A model generated the notes under the pieces. It worked only from the letters and a program-made list of their open reading frames with translations, was not told the origin of the DNA and made no database searches. A stretch of DNA of 62,713 bases, counting the filler, from Diploschistes diacapsis (Eukaryota), in the NCBI GenBank assembly GCA_023645945.1. It is 19 parts of 19 records of this genome, joined end to end, with 100 filler letters (N's around TTAATTAATTAA, not from the genome) between each part and the next. Parts side by side here need not be neighbours in the genome. Positions count along the whole stretch, not along the records: positions 15,004 to 39,299 come from JALAIB010000242.1; 18 more parts are not named here. One strand, 5' to 3'. Shown here in pieces: positions 25,500 through 37,000 of this stretch. The position numbers and the translations under genes were made by a program. Positions within the stretch are counted from its first letter, which is position 1, and each line of letters starts with the position of its first letter.

Positions 25500-25515
25500 C
25501 CGATCGGTGTCCGAA
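25500..25515 (+). promoter_or_regulatory. Putative Zn2Cys6 site in the divergent MDR/P450 promoter
   Basis: CCGATCGGTGTCCGAA, almost exactly midway (~600 bp) between the two ATGs. Confidence 0.65.
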
Positions 25516-26116
25516 CAATCTTTCGCGTACGCAGTATAGTTGCATGGAGATTCTATAGGACAATCAGCGTGCTCCTATTACCTCACCAATCACTACCTAC
25601 GTTCTTGCTTACAGAACTAATAGTGCTTATGTTTTCGCTTCCGGTCGGGTTACGAAGCTGACATGCTGCATGATACCGTTGAGCATCCCCGTCGGACATA
25701 ACTCACTCGTCTTCAAAAGCCGTTGGCTCTTATCCTCCAAAGACACAGCTCTATCAAGCTCTGAGATGTTCCCTGCATTTCAAGAAATAAGCTTTCGGGC
25801 CAATCACTTCGACTCATAGTAAGGACTATGGATGATCAACGCACTGTGTTGTCTCCTTATTTCATTGCGGATTCGAAGTTGTATCGAGGCTGGTAAGCTC
25901 GACCTGCTCCTATTTAGCTTCACTTTGCTAGCCTCGTTGTCTACAAGAATATCCAAGTTCCTGCGAGTAATAAACTGGTTGGACGACCACCTGGATTGCT
26001 ATGATAAGGACCACAACTGATCCAGTAGCGTCTAATGATTAAACATAAACTTGAACTATCTCTGCTCTAATTGATCAACGTTTTTTGTTGCGTATTGTCC
26101 TGGTGGAATACTTGAC

Positions 26117-27760
26117 ATGGACGGGATACTTGCTACATACGAAAGCCAGAGAATTCTGGCTCTTGCGACGCTGTTTACGGCCATAGCAATTGTTATAGCA
26201 TGGCTACGCCGTGATCGCAGGCTTGACTCAATACCGGGACCAAAGGGTTACCCGCTGATTGGCGTCGGTTACAAACTTCCACCTAAGGCGCCGGCGATCT
26301 TCCGCAAATGGGCGATGGACTATGGTGAAGTTTTCAAAATTCGTGTGGGCTGGTACAACTGGGTGGTCATCAATACTCCGGAAGCCGTACGGGAGATTCT
26401 AGAGAAGCAGGCCATCAGCACGTCCTCCAAGGCTCCTTCTCCAATGGGCCACGACATAGTCACAGGTGGGAATCGTATGCCGACGATGCCGTACGGAGCT
26501 CGCTGGAAAGCTCTGCGGTCAGTGGTGCGGCAACTCACCACGGTACCCATGACGGCAACCTTCATCCCGAGCCAGGAGTTCGAGGCCAAACAGCTGCTCT
26601 TTGATCTAGCCACCGATAACGAAAACCAGCGCAACTTCTACCAGCACATGCGCCGCTTCGCTTTTAGCGTCATTAACACAACCACGTTCGGCACTCGCGT
26701 CAAGAACTGGGACCACCCAGATGCGCAGAATGCGGTAAGAAGTCAGGCGATATTGAGAAGAACGTCGCGACCCGGAGCTTTCCTTGTCGACGAATTACCT
26801 CCACTGGCCCGTCTACCAAAATGGCTCCAACCCGGTCAAAAAGAGGCAAAACAGGCCGCCAAGCAAGTGTTAGACATAAAGGTGGAGCTGTGGCAGCGAT
26901 TGCAGAAGCAGATCGAGTCAGGCAAGGCGCCTCACTCTTTTGCACGCGAAATTTATGAAAGCAGGGAATCGTGGTATTCTCAGGGGCTCACAGAAGAGCA
27001 CTTGATATGGGTTTCCAGTGGGCTTGTTGAGGCAGGTTTCGAGACGACAGCGGCCACGCTGAGCAGCCTTGTGCTCCATCTTGCCGCGAACCCGCGGGTA
27101 CAGAAGGAGGCACAGGAAGAGCTCATGCGTGTTGTCGGCCCCAGTCGTCTGCCCACCTACCAAGACATTCGCGCTCTGCCATATGTTCGTGCCTGCGTCA
27201 AGGAAATGCTTCGCATGAACCCCATTCTAGCTCCGGGCGTTCGGCATTTTACCGACGAAGACATCGTGTACAAGGAGCACATCATACCCAAGGGAACAGT
27301 ACTGCTCGCCAATACGGCTTTCTTGCATTACGACCCCACGCGTTTCGAAGACCCGTTCGAATTCAAGCCCGAGCGCTACCTGGACCATACCCTGTTCAGC
27401 TCCGAGTACGCGGCCATGAGCGATCCATACAAGCGTGACCACTTTACTTTCAGCACGGGCAGAAGAACGTGTCCGGGTGCGCGTCTGGCCGAAAACTCGC
27501 TCGACATTGCGCTCGCGGGCATCCTGTGGGCCTTTGAGATCCGGCCGCCCGTCGTGAACGGTGTCGAGGCCAAGATGGACCTGAGCGACAATGCATACCT
27601 GGACGCGGGATTCACCATACCTACACCCTTTGCCGCCAGATTCCTCCCAAGAAGCGAGGATAGGCTTCGAATAGTCAAGGAGCAGTGGGATCTTGCGACA
27701 AAGGAAGGCTACGAGCTCAGAGGCGTACCAGTTGACCTCGATGGCGTAGTTGGGGACTAG
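26117..27760 (+). CDS. Cytochrome P450 monooxygenase (CYP64/OrdA-like clan), 547 aa, intronless
   Basis: N-terminal membrane anchor plus PGP, I-helix AGFETT, EMLR (ExxR), PERY and heme motif FSTGRRTCPG. Confidence 0.95.
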   Translation: MDGILATYESQRILALATLFTAIAIVIAWLRRDRRLDSIPGPKGYPLIGVGYKLPPKAPAIFRKWAMDYGEVFKIRVGWYNWVVINTPEAVREILEKQAISTSSKAPSPMGHDIVTGGNRMPTMPYGARWKALRSVVRQLTTVPMTATFIPSQEFEAKQLLFDLATDNENQRNFYQHMRRFAFSVINTTTFGTRVKNWDHPDAQNAVRSQAILRRTSRPGAFLVDELPPLARLPKWLQPGQKEAKQAAKQVLDIKVELWQRLQKQIESGKAPHSFAREIYESRESWYSQGLTEEHLIWVSSGLVEAGFETTAATLSSLVLHLAANPRVQKEAQEELMRVVGPSRLPTYQDIRALPYVRACVKEMLRMNPILAPGVRHFTDEDIVYKEHIIPKGTVLLANTAFLHYDPTRFEDPFEFKPERYLDHTLFSSEYAAMSDPYKRDHFTFSTGRRTCPGARLAENSLDIALAGILWAFEIRPPVVNGVEAKMDLSDNAYLDAGFTIPTPFAARFLPRSEDRLRIVKEQWDLATKEGYELRGVPVDLDGVVGD

Positions 27761-27889
27761 AGGAGAAGGGAGGGAGGGAGGGAGGGAGGGAGCAAAGCTG
27801 CAGTCAGAAGGTGGCAGAATTCAATGCACATGCAAACCAGGAAGAGATAGGTTCCAGGGAAGGTTGAGTACGGAATCGGAGCTCTATTT

Positions 27890-29080
27890 TCAAGTATCGA
27901 GCTCCCTCAATCTAGATCTCACCATATTGGCTATCCGTGAATGCTCGCTTCTCAACCATGAGTCTAAACTTTGATACAAATTATTTACACCGCTAAAAGC
28001 ATATTCATCGAGGGGAGATTGTCCGCCAGAGCTATGTGAAGTGAACTGATCGATGAGACGGCCGGCTCTCCTCATCTCCCCCGACAGTAACTGCATCTTC
28101 AAGGCGGTCTCGACGTGTAGATCGTCGACGTCGAAAGTGCCGATGGCCATCTTTGCTGCAGCACTTTGTGCGCAAACAGCCGCTTGTTGATACCACATCA
28201 GGATCCGGGAGATGATGGATGCATAGAGCAATGTGAGGTGCGGGGATTTAGCACAGCGGCAGGATAGAAGACGAACGAGCCGCTCGCTGGCCTCGCGGTT
28301 GAGGTGTAATATGTGATCCAAGGGCATGCGCTGGACGGTGCTGGCCGTGGCCGAGGCCGAGGCTGGTGGCGATTGAGATATGGAAGGTGCGTTGTTGAGG
28401 CTATGCAAAGACAAGCCGCCTAGGATTTCGTACGCTTCCGAAACACAGTCGTGACCTTTATCACCTGCAGGCGGCAGTAAGGTACCGTCGAGATAGCCGG
28501 ACTCATCCACCTGGGTCAGAGAAGCATCGGTTTGCGTCGCGGGAGTTGAGAAGGCTTCGAACACGGGCGCTCCCAGCGAAGAGACCAGGCCGGTGTTCAT
28601 ATCAGAAGATAGCGCATCACCGTGCTCCAAAGACGTGAAATCCGGGAGCACAGACCCGAATAGATTGCCGTGCAGTGCATCAAGCGCATCAACGCTTAGC
28701 ATATAGTTACTCCGAAAGCCATCAACGGCGCTCCTTGCTAAGAATACATGATTAACGCTCGAAACTGGTCCAGAGCTCGGGACGATACCATCAAAGCCAT
28801 TGCCAGCACCAGTACTGCGATCATAATCTCTGTCCCTAGCCTGGCTGCCAGCGTGCTCGCCAGGCGTGCAAGATGCGCTCGACGCCTCAGTGATCCGGAG
28901 TCTCTCCCGCGGCGGCTTACCCATTTTCCGTGACACTCCGTAGACACATTTAAAGCCAAGCGAGATGCACCTGCCGCACTCAGGCTGGGCCCGATCACAT
29001 CGAAGCTTCGCAGCACCGCATGCATCGCAACTAGATCGCAGCTTCAGTTGTCTCGGGACTCGAGTCGGTGCATCGGCCAT
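27890..29080 (-). CDS. AflR-type Zn(II)2Cys6 pathway-specific transcription factor, 396 aa
   Basis: KLRSSCDACGAAKLRCDRAQPECGRCISLGFKCVY binuclear cluster. The C-terminal HDC...LLSCRCA...ISRILMWY segment is typical of the AflR domain. Confidence 0.9.
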   Translation of the reverse strand: MADAPTRVPRQLKLRSSCDACGAAKLRCDRAQPECGRCISLGFKCVYGVSRKMGKPPRERLRITEASSASCTPGEHAGSQARDRDYDRSTGAGNGFDGIVPSSGPVSSVNHVFLARSAVDGFRSNYMLSVDALDALHGNLFGSVLPDFTSLEHGDALSSDMNTGLVSSLGAPVFEAFSTPATQTDASLTQVDESGYLDGTLLPPAGDKGHDCVSEAYEILGGLSLHSLNNAPSISQSPPASASATASTVQRMPLDHILHLNREASERLVRLLSCRCAKSPHLTLLYASIISRILMWYQQAAVCAQSAAAKMAIGTFDVDDLHVETALKMQLLSGEMRRAGRLIDQFTSHSSGGQSPLDEYAFSGVNNLYQSLDSWLRSEHSRIANMVRSRLRELDT

Positions 29081-29820
29081 GATGGATCAGGAAAGCTCAA
29101 TCAATCGAAGTTCGCAGGCATAGGGTATAGAATAACGGGGGTAGAAAGAGAATCCGGATTGAGCCAAAACGCACGCAAGCAGGCAAACATTGACATTTAA
29201 CGGCCCCCATATGAAGAACGGAAGGGGGCGTTGGGGGTGAGAATCCGACGTTTGACTCTTCGCTTGGACTGACTAAGACAAGGGCTTGGGGGGTAGAGCA
29301 GGATGCGTTTCAGCAGTCAGGAAGGCCCTCCCGTAAATTCCAAATAATCAGTGAGATATCAGCTTTTCTCAGTCAGTACCATAACATCAGAGACTCAGAG
29401 ACGAGAGAGAGACGGCACAGATGCCACTCTACAGCTACGGTAGGTTCTAATGATCAGGGTTTTAGTGCCAGAGATTCGACACCTTTTCTTTGTCTTCATG
29501 GGGTGCCAAGTGGGGGGGGGGAGCCTTGTAATAATCTCTAACGGGCGAATCCTATGCCTAGAACGCTCTACTCTACTCGATCAGTAGAGACCAAGTAGAG
29601 ACCAAGTTAGAGACCAAGTAGAGAGACCAGTAGTAGTCTAGTAAGCCAGTAGCTTAGTGGCGCAGGAGCCTAGTAGCCACTAGTTCCGCCAGGGTATTAC
29701 TGGCGGCTCCTCCCTTGAAGACGAAAAAACGTTATTTTGTTATTGCCGCCCGATCTTCGGAGACGACTCGGAAGCTCCCGGGGAAACTCGAAATTCATCG
29801 AGATTTCAGCCTTAGCCGTG

Positions 29821-29887
<67 letters not shown>

Positions 29888-29935
29888 ACTACTACTACTA
29901 CTCCTACTACTACTACTACTCCTACTACTACTACT
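29821..29935 (+). repeat. (CTA)n microsatellite with a few interruptions
   Basis: Read directly. It explains the poly-Y/poly-L/poly-T ORFs. Confidence 0.95.
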
Positions 29936-29936
29936 T

Positions 29937-30011
29937 ACGGAGGCATTATTTACGGAGGTATTGTTCACGGAGGTATTATTTACCGAGGTGCTTTATACCG
30001 AGGTATTTTAT
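29937..30011 (+). repeat. 15-bp tandem repeat (ACSGAGGTATTATTT) x5
   Basis: Units: acggaggcattattt, acggaggtattgttc, acggaggtattattt, accgaggtgctttat, accgaggtattttat. Confidence 0.8.
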
Positions 30012-31013
30012 TTAGCATTTAACGGCCCCATGTCGTCATATCCCAAATATAGTAACGAACTCGCTTATGATAAACGATAAAAGAAAGCGGTGAAATGAAT
30101 TTCCCTGCCAAGACGCCTTCTTCATCCACCTTAGTCATGATGGTAGTAGCTCAGGCTAACTTATCCCAAGAAATGCCCGGAGTTAGTATTCGGTATTAAG
30201 CAGAATCTTTCCCTCTCGTTGATTGATAGTTCCTGCACGCATTTTCCACCGCGTCGGCCCGCGCTCTACAGCGTTCCTAGGATTCCGACTACGCAAGATA
30301 AGGCTAGGGATGCGCTGCAGAGTCTTGCTATGATCCATGCGGTATGACGCCAAGGACTCCGCTGCGGGTTTGGTCCTGGCAGCTCTCCGAACTCACTCCT
30401 GCGCTCTACCACCGCGCCGCCGGCGTATACTTCGAGATCCAGCTCTTTGTACGCCTTACTCCTCGAAGGATTGGATTTCAAACACGCTCCCAGATGCTCG
30501 CCATGGGGGCATCCGGTCGGGAAGCGATTTGCTCGTGCCCGAGTAGTTGTTTTTACATTCGTTCTCCCCTGCGTCGTCGTGCGCGGTTGTCGAGCATCAG
30601 ATCCCCATGGATAGGTATTCCCGGATATCTCAGTGGCAATCATGCTGTTTCGCTCAAAAATGATTACCCGACGACTCCCGACTAACACCCCGATAGGCAG
30701 CGACCGGCTTATAGAGCGGTCAGGACCATGTCCGGCTTTATGAGCAATCTCAACAGCGATGTGACAACACTACTAATGCATGATGATCATTGCCTGCTTA
30801 AGCTCCTCATTAAAACCTTTCTACAAGAGATCTATACAACTAGCGGCTGAAGTACAGCATGTTGCACCATCCTTTGGCTCACGACGCCATACCCTGGCCT
30901 GCATAATTCGTAGGCAGGGGTTTGACGACCTTTGGCAGACATTTATATCCATATCAAACACCAATCTTTCAGAGAGGGGGCTAGTTCTCGATAGAAATCA
31001 AGAAACATTCAAC

Positions 31014-34000
31014 ATGGCAGATCAATTGAAGTTGTACCTCTTTGGAGACCAGACATATGATATTCAACCACATTTCAAAGATTTGGTACGGCATAGGCAG
31101 AATCCAGTACTTGAAGACTTCCTTGTCAAAGCATACGATGCCATTCGCACAGAGACATACAAGCTACCAAGCCATATCAGGGATGAGCTTCCTCGATTCA
31201 CAAGCCTGGACGATATCATCTTCCGGAGGCACGGCGGAAGACGATGTGTGCCCCTGGATATGGCCATGACTTGCACGTATCAGCTTGGAGCCTTTATCAG
31301 GTATGAACGAATTCTGACCGGTCTGGCAGAGAAGCTAAAACGAGCCGTTCAGTCAGGTTGACCATCGGAATTACTGCGGCGAGAATGCTCGTATATTTGG
31401 CCTTTGTACAGGAGCCTTGGCTGCGGCGGCAGTTGGCTGCAGCCGTAGCACGCTCGAACTCATCCCAATGGCAGTTAATGCGGTCGTTGTGGCTTTCAGA
31501 ACAGGTATGCATGTGACCGACGTTGCACGGCGAATCGAGCCCTGGCATGCATCGGACCGAAGCTGGTCAATAATCGTTCCTGGCCTGGCGGCTGCTGAAG
31601 AGGCTGTAAATCGATTCTGCGAAGAGACCGTAAGAATACCCTCCTCGATCCCTTGATTTTCATATTTCACAGCTTTCTCCGTCGGCGGTTAACTTGGCAC
31701 TTTCATCAGATGCTGCCACTTACGAGCAAACCATGGAGCAGCGCATACGCCGTGAACGGATTAACGGTCAGCGGGCCGCCCGGCTCACTGGCACAACTTA
31801 CCACTTCGACGAGTTTCAAAGACCTACGCTTTCAGAGCATGCAGATCTTCGCACCATATCATGCTCCACATCTACATTCTCAGGGAGATGTTGATGAAAT
31901 CGTCGGAAGCTTGATTCCCTGCGGTGCGGATGCGCATCTGAACCAGATTCCAGTCTTCTCCGGCACGGGAAGTACGGTGGAAGGTGGCGATTTCCGGGCG
32001 CTTTTGAAGGCCGCAGTCGGGCAAATACTGCTGCAACCGATTCGCTGGGGCAGCTTCCTTGAAGAGCTTCAGACATGTCTCAAGAAGCTGGGCTCCAGGT
32101 CATTCAGTATCATTCCCATCGGAACCAAAGCCGACCAGCTCATCTACACGGCGCTCAAGCAGACGCCGCTGCGAGAATTGTTGCTATCTCCACCAACACC
32201 CAGTATCCCGTCGCTTTCGGAAGATCCATCACATTCACGCCACGGAAGGTCCAAGCTCGCCATCATAGGAATGTCTGGCAGATTCCCCGGAGCCAAGGAC
32301 AATGAGGCATTCTGGGACCTCCTGTACCAAGGTCTGGATCTGCACAAGCCTGCTCCAGCACTTCACTGGGACGTAAGAACGCACGTGGACCCCACAGGCG
32401 CCCGAAAAAACACCAGTCAAACGCCGTTCGGCTGCTGGCTCGATGACCCGGCCGTGTTCGACGCACGCTTCTTCAATATTTCGCCACGGGAAGCGCCGCA
32501 AATCGATCCTGCACAACGACTGGCTTTGATGACGGCTTATGAGGCAATCGAACAAGCTGGTATTGTTCCGGATGCAACTCCCTCGACCAGGCGTGATCGT
32601 GTCGGCGTCTTCTACGGCGTCACCAGCAATGATTGGATGGAGACCAACAGTGCCCAGAATATCGACACATATTTCATACCGGGTGGGAATCGAGCATTCA
32701 TACCCGGGCGCATCAACTACTGTTTCAAGTTCAGCGGCCCGAGTTTCGCGGTCGATACGGCATGTTCGTCCAGTCTCGCTGGTATTCACCTTGCATGCAA
32801 TTCGCTCTGGCGAGGGGATATTGACACGGCGATCGCTGGCGGGACAAACGTTCTGACCAACCCAGATTTCACGGCTGGGCTCGACAGGGGGCACTTTCTC
32901 TCACGGACCGGGAACTGCAAAACCTTTGACGACACGGCGGACGGGTATTGTCGCGGAGAAGGTATCGGGACCGTCATTCTCAAACGTCTCGACGATGCCA
33001 TTGCCGACAAGGATCCAATCCTGGGCGTCATACTCAGCGCGTACACTAACCACTCCGCGGAGTCCGAGTCGATTACTCGGCCACATGTTGGAGCCCAGCG
33101 TGCGATATTCAGCAAAATCCTCAACCAAGGAGCCGTGGATCCATACACCGTCAGTTACGTTGAAATGCATGGTACGGGCACCCAAGCAGGTGATGCCGGG
33201 GAAATGTCTAGCGTTCTGGATACTTTTGCGCCGTCTCCGGACCAGGCCACGAAGGGCCGAGCTAGTGACGAGGCTCTCTATCTGGGATCTGCGAAGGCGA
33301 ATATCGGACATGGCGAAGCCGCGTCCGGTGTTTCGAGCCTGATCAAGGTGCTGCTGATGATGCAGAAAAACACCATTGTTCCGCATTGCGGAATCAAAAC
33401 GAAAATCAATCACAAGTTTCCGACGGATTTACGGGAACGGAACGTCAACATCGCCTTGAAGCCCACCTCTTGGGAGAGAAGCTCTGATCCCTCGAAGCCT
33501 CGACGCGTCTTCGTGAACAATTTCAGCGCTGCGGGTGGAAATTCAGCGTTGCTGATCGAAGACGCACCGCTCAAGCCCGAACCTTCCGATGAAGTTACAG
33601 ACCCGCGAAGTCAACATCTCGTGGCAGTCTCTGCCAAAAATGGCGTCTCTTTGCAGGGTAACCTCGAATCCATGCTCAGGTTCTTGAAACAGAACCCAGG
33701 TATCTCCCTCAACAAGCTTTCCTATACCACCACAGCTCGGCGACTGCATCATCGGCACCGTGTCATGCTTACTGGCTCAAACGTTGAAGAGTTCTGTGCG
33801 CAAATCGAAACAGCTCTCCGCGACCGGACCGGGATGACCAGATCCAAGAGTGCTCCGAAAATCCTGTTCACCTTCACTGGTCAAGGTGCACAATATCCTG
33901 GGATGGGGAAGGAGCTCTTTGAGAACTTCTCTTTTTTCCGGAATGAAATGCGCCGACTGGATCACATTGGACAGAGCCTGGGCTTTCCCTCCATGCTACC

Positions 34001-37000
34001 CGTCATACAGTCCGATGAACAAGACATCGGTATCTATGCGCCCATCTCTGTCCAATTAGCTGGCGTCTGCTTTCAAATTGCCCTCCATAAATTGTGGGCG
34101 TCATGGGGCATCCTGCCCGTCGCCGTCGTCGGACACAGCCTCGGCGAATATGCAGCTCTTAACGCTGCTGGGGTGCTATCGGACGCAGATACCGTCTACC
34201 TTGTGGGGAAGAGAGCCGAGTTGCTCCAGCAGGAATGCACTCGAGATACCCATGCAATGCTTGTCGTCAAGGGGTCGGTGGATGAGATCGCTGTTATCCT
34301 GAAGGATCACGCGCACGAAGTTGCTTGTATCAATTCACCGACCGAAACTGTTCTGGCTGGGCCGAACGAAGACATCTTTGTTTCTCAGGGACTACTCAGG
34401 GATGCAGGGCTTAAATCGGTGCTGCTTAAGGTCCCCTACGCTTTTCATTCCTCTCAGATCGAGCCGGTGCTGGAGGATTTCAAGAGGTCAGCCAGTGGCG
34501 TGACGTACTCCAGGGCCAAGATCCCTATCCTAAGTCCCTTGGATGGCAACATCATCGACGACCACGGCAGTTTCGGCCCCGACTACCTCGTTCGTCATTC
34601 TCGCGAGCCTGTAAACATGCTCAAGGCGCTCCAGGAGGCATACCGCAGTCACGTTATTACTGACCAGACTATGATGCTTGAGAATGGCCCACATCCGGCA
34701 ATTTCGACTATGGTGAAGACAGTCCTAGGGCCGCAGATGCCGACCCTCGCATCATCGAAACGGGGCCAGCCGATCTGGCAGGTGCTGGCAGTAACCTTGA
34801 AAACCGCTTACGCCGCTGGCGCCGACGTCAACTGGTCCAACTACCACCGCGACTTCAAGGTCTCTCACGAAGTCATTCCCTTGCCGGCATATAGCTGGGA
34901 CTTGAAGGAATACTGGATCCAGTACGTTAATGACTGGTCTCTGCGGAAAGGCGACCCTCCTTTAATAATCAATAATGCCTTGACGCTCGAGAGCACAACG
35001 ATCCACAGGGTCGTTGAGGAGACGGGCGATTCCCACAAAACTCGCATGGTCGTGGAGGCAGATATCGCACGGAAAGATCTCAGTCCACTAGTGCAAGGGC
35101 ATGAGGTTGATGGAATTCCGCTTTGCACGCCGTCAGTTTACGCGGACATTGCATTGAGCCTCGGTACATACCTCCTGAAGCGTTATCGTCCGGACCAGGA
35201 GGAGAATCTTGTGGACGTTTCGGATATGACAATCTCAAAGGCTTTGATTCTGCGCGAAGGCGCCGCCCAGCAGCTCCTTCAAGCGCATGCCGAAGTTGAC
35301 TGGTCGTCGAACGCGGCAGCTGTCAAGTTCATGTCCTTTGATGTAAGTGCTCCTTTGCATCCGACCTACTTCCCTTCTCTGGACGAAGAGCTAATGAAAT
35401 CTACCTCAGAGCCACCAGAAGCTACAGGAGCACTCACGATGCGTGGTGCGCTTCAAGGACAGGAGTCTCCTGAAGAAGCTCCAAAAAGACGCGGCAGACG
35501 TGAAGCGGAAGATGCAAGCTCTCCGAGAAGGAATTGCCGCAGAAGTCACCGCCCGTTTCAACCGCCCTATGGTATATCGTGCGATAAGACCGCTGGCGCG
35601 ATTCCACGACGACTATCGGGCCATTGACGAGATCGTGTTGAACAGCAATACGCTCGAGGCCTCGAGTCGTCTCAGCTTCGGCAGTGTGAAGAGAGGCGGC
35701 GACTACCACACCCATCCAGCCATAATCGATTCTCTGACGCAGTCTTGCGGATTCACCATGAACTGTAACGATGGAACTGATCTGGATACCGAAGTCTTCA
35801 TGAACCATGGATGGGGCTCCTTCCAGATATTTGAGCCCTTGGATTTTGATAAGGAGTATACTACCTACACACGCATGGTCGAGGGGCAAGACAAGTTGTG
35901 GCATGGGGATGTGGTGATCTTCAACGGTGATGAAATAGTCGCCCACTTCGGGCAAATTTCCGTAAGTTCATTCTGCTCCGTTTCGGATGACATGAGCACT
36001 GTGCTTACCGTATCTTCTAGATCCAAGGCGTGCCACGTCGGGTCTTGAAGGTTATTCTCTCACTCGAAAGCGGAGTCAAATCACAGAAGCGGCAGCCTGC
36101 CTCCAAGAAAGAGCCTGTTCCTACAATGCCGGCTTCTTCCACTGGTGCCTCTCGGGGTTCTACACCGGTCAAGGAAGAGCCTGATGCATCTAGGCTTGCA
36201 CAAGCATTATCGATCATCGCCGAAGAGAGTGGCCTTGCATTATCGGATTTGACTGACAACACCACTTTTGGCGACGTCGGGATCGACTCCCTCCTGGGTC
36301 TTACAGTCACCGCTCGATTCAAGGAGGAGCTTGGCATAGACATGGATTTCAACGCGCTGTTCTTCGAGTATCCCACAGTCAGCGATCTCAGAGCTTTCTT
36401 GGGAGAGTCCGAGGTTACCTCACCTGCAAGCTCTGTCCTGAATACCACAACGACCACGCCAAGGTCTAATGTAACTGGGGCCACGACACCGGCTACCGAC
36501 AGGGACTCACTCGCGCAAAAGATTGATTTCCAGCGCGCTCTCGAGATTATTTCACAAGAAAGTGGAGTCGCGACGGAAGAACTCGGTGACGATACCGATT
36601 TCACTGACTCTGGCATCGATTCTCTGTTGTCGCTTGTCATCGTCAGTCGCTTACGGGACGAGCTGGAAATGAACCTTCAGCACGAGTCTCTCTTTATGGA
36701 GTGCCCAACCGTGGGAGACTTGAAGCAAATGCTGTTAGGGGGCACAAACGCCAACGACACGGCCCGACCACCAGCGGAGAGCAAGCCGGTCTCCACTCCA
36801 GCCCCTGAGTCAGCACAGAATACAGCCAAGAAGAACAGGCCGACGCTTCAAACTGAGGATGAAAAGGCGGTTCTTGCAGCTCGCAAGGAGGCGGTTGATG
36901 GGTATGTTCAGAAGTACACTGCCGGATTCTCTGCACCCGTCCCTGCAAGCTCGTATACTGCCATAAACGACAACACAAAGGTTGTATTGGTAACGGGAGC

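Noticed and set aside
29715..30080. Poly-Tyr/Leu/Thr ORFs
   Set aside because: Products of the (CTA)n microsatellite.
30517..30527. Single AflR-like TCG-N5-CGA (TCGGGAAGCGA) upstream of the PKS
   Set aside because: Only one instance noticed and it deviates from the stricter AflR consensus, so it is compatible with chance.
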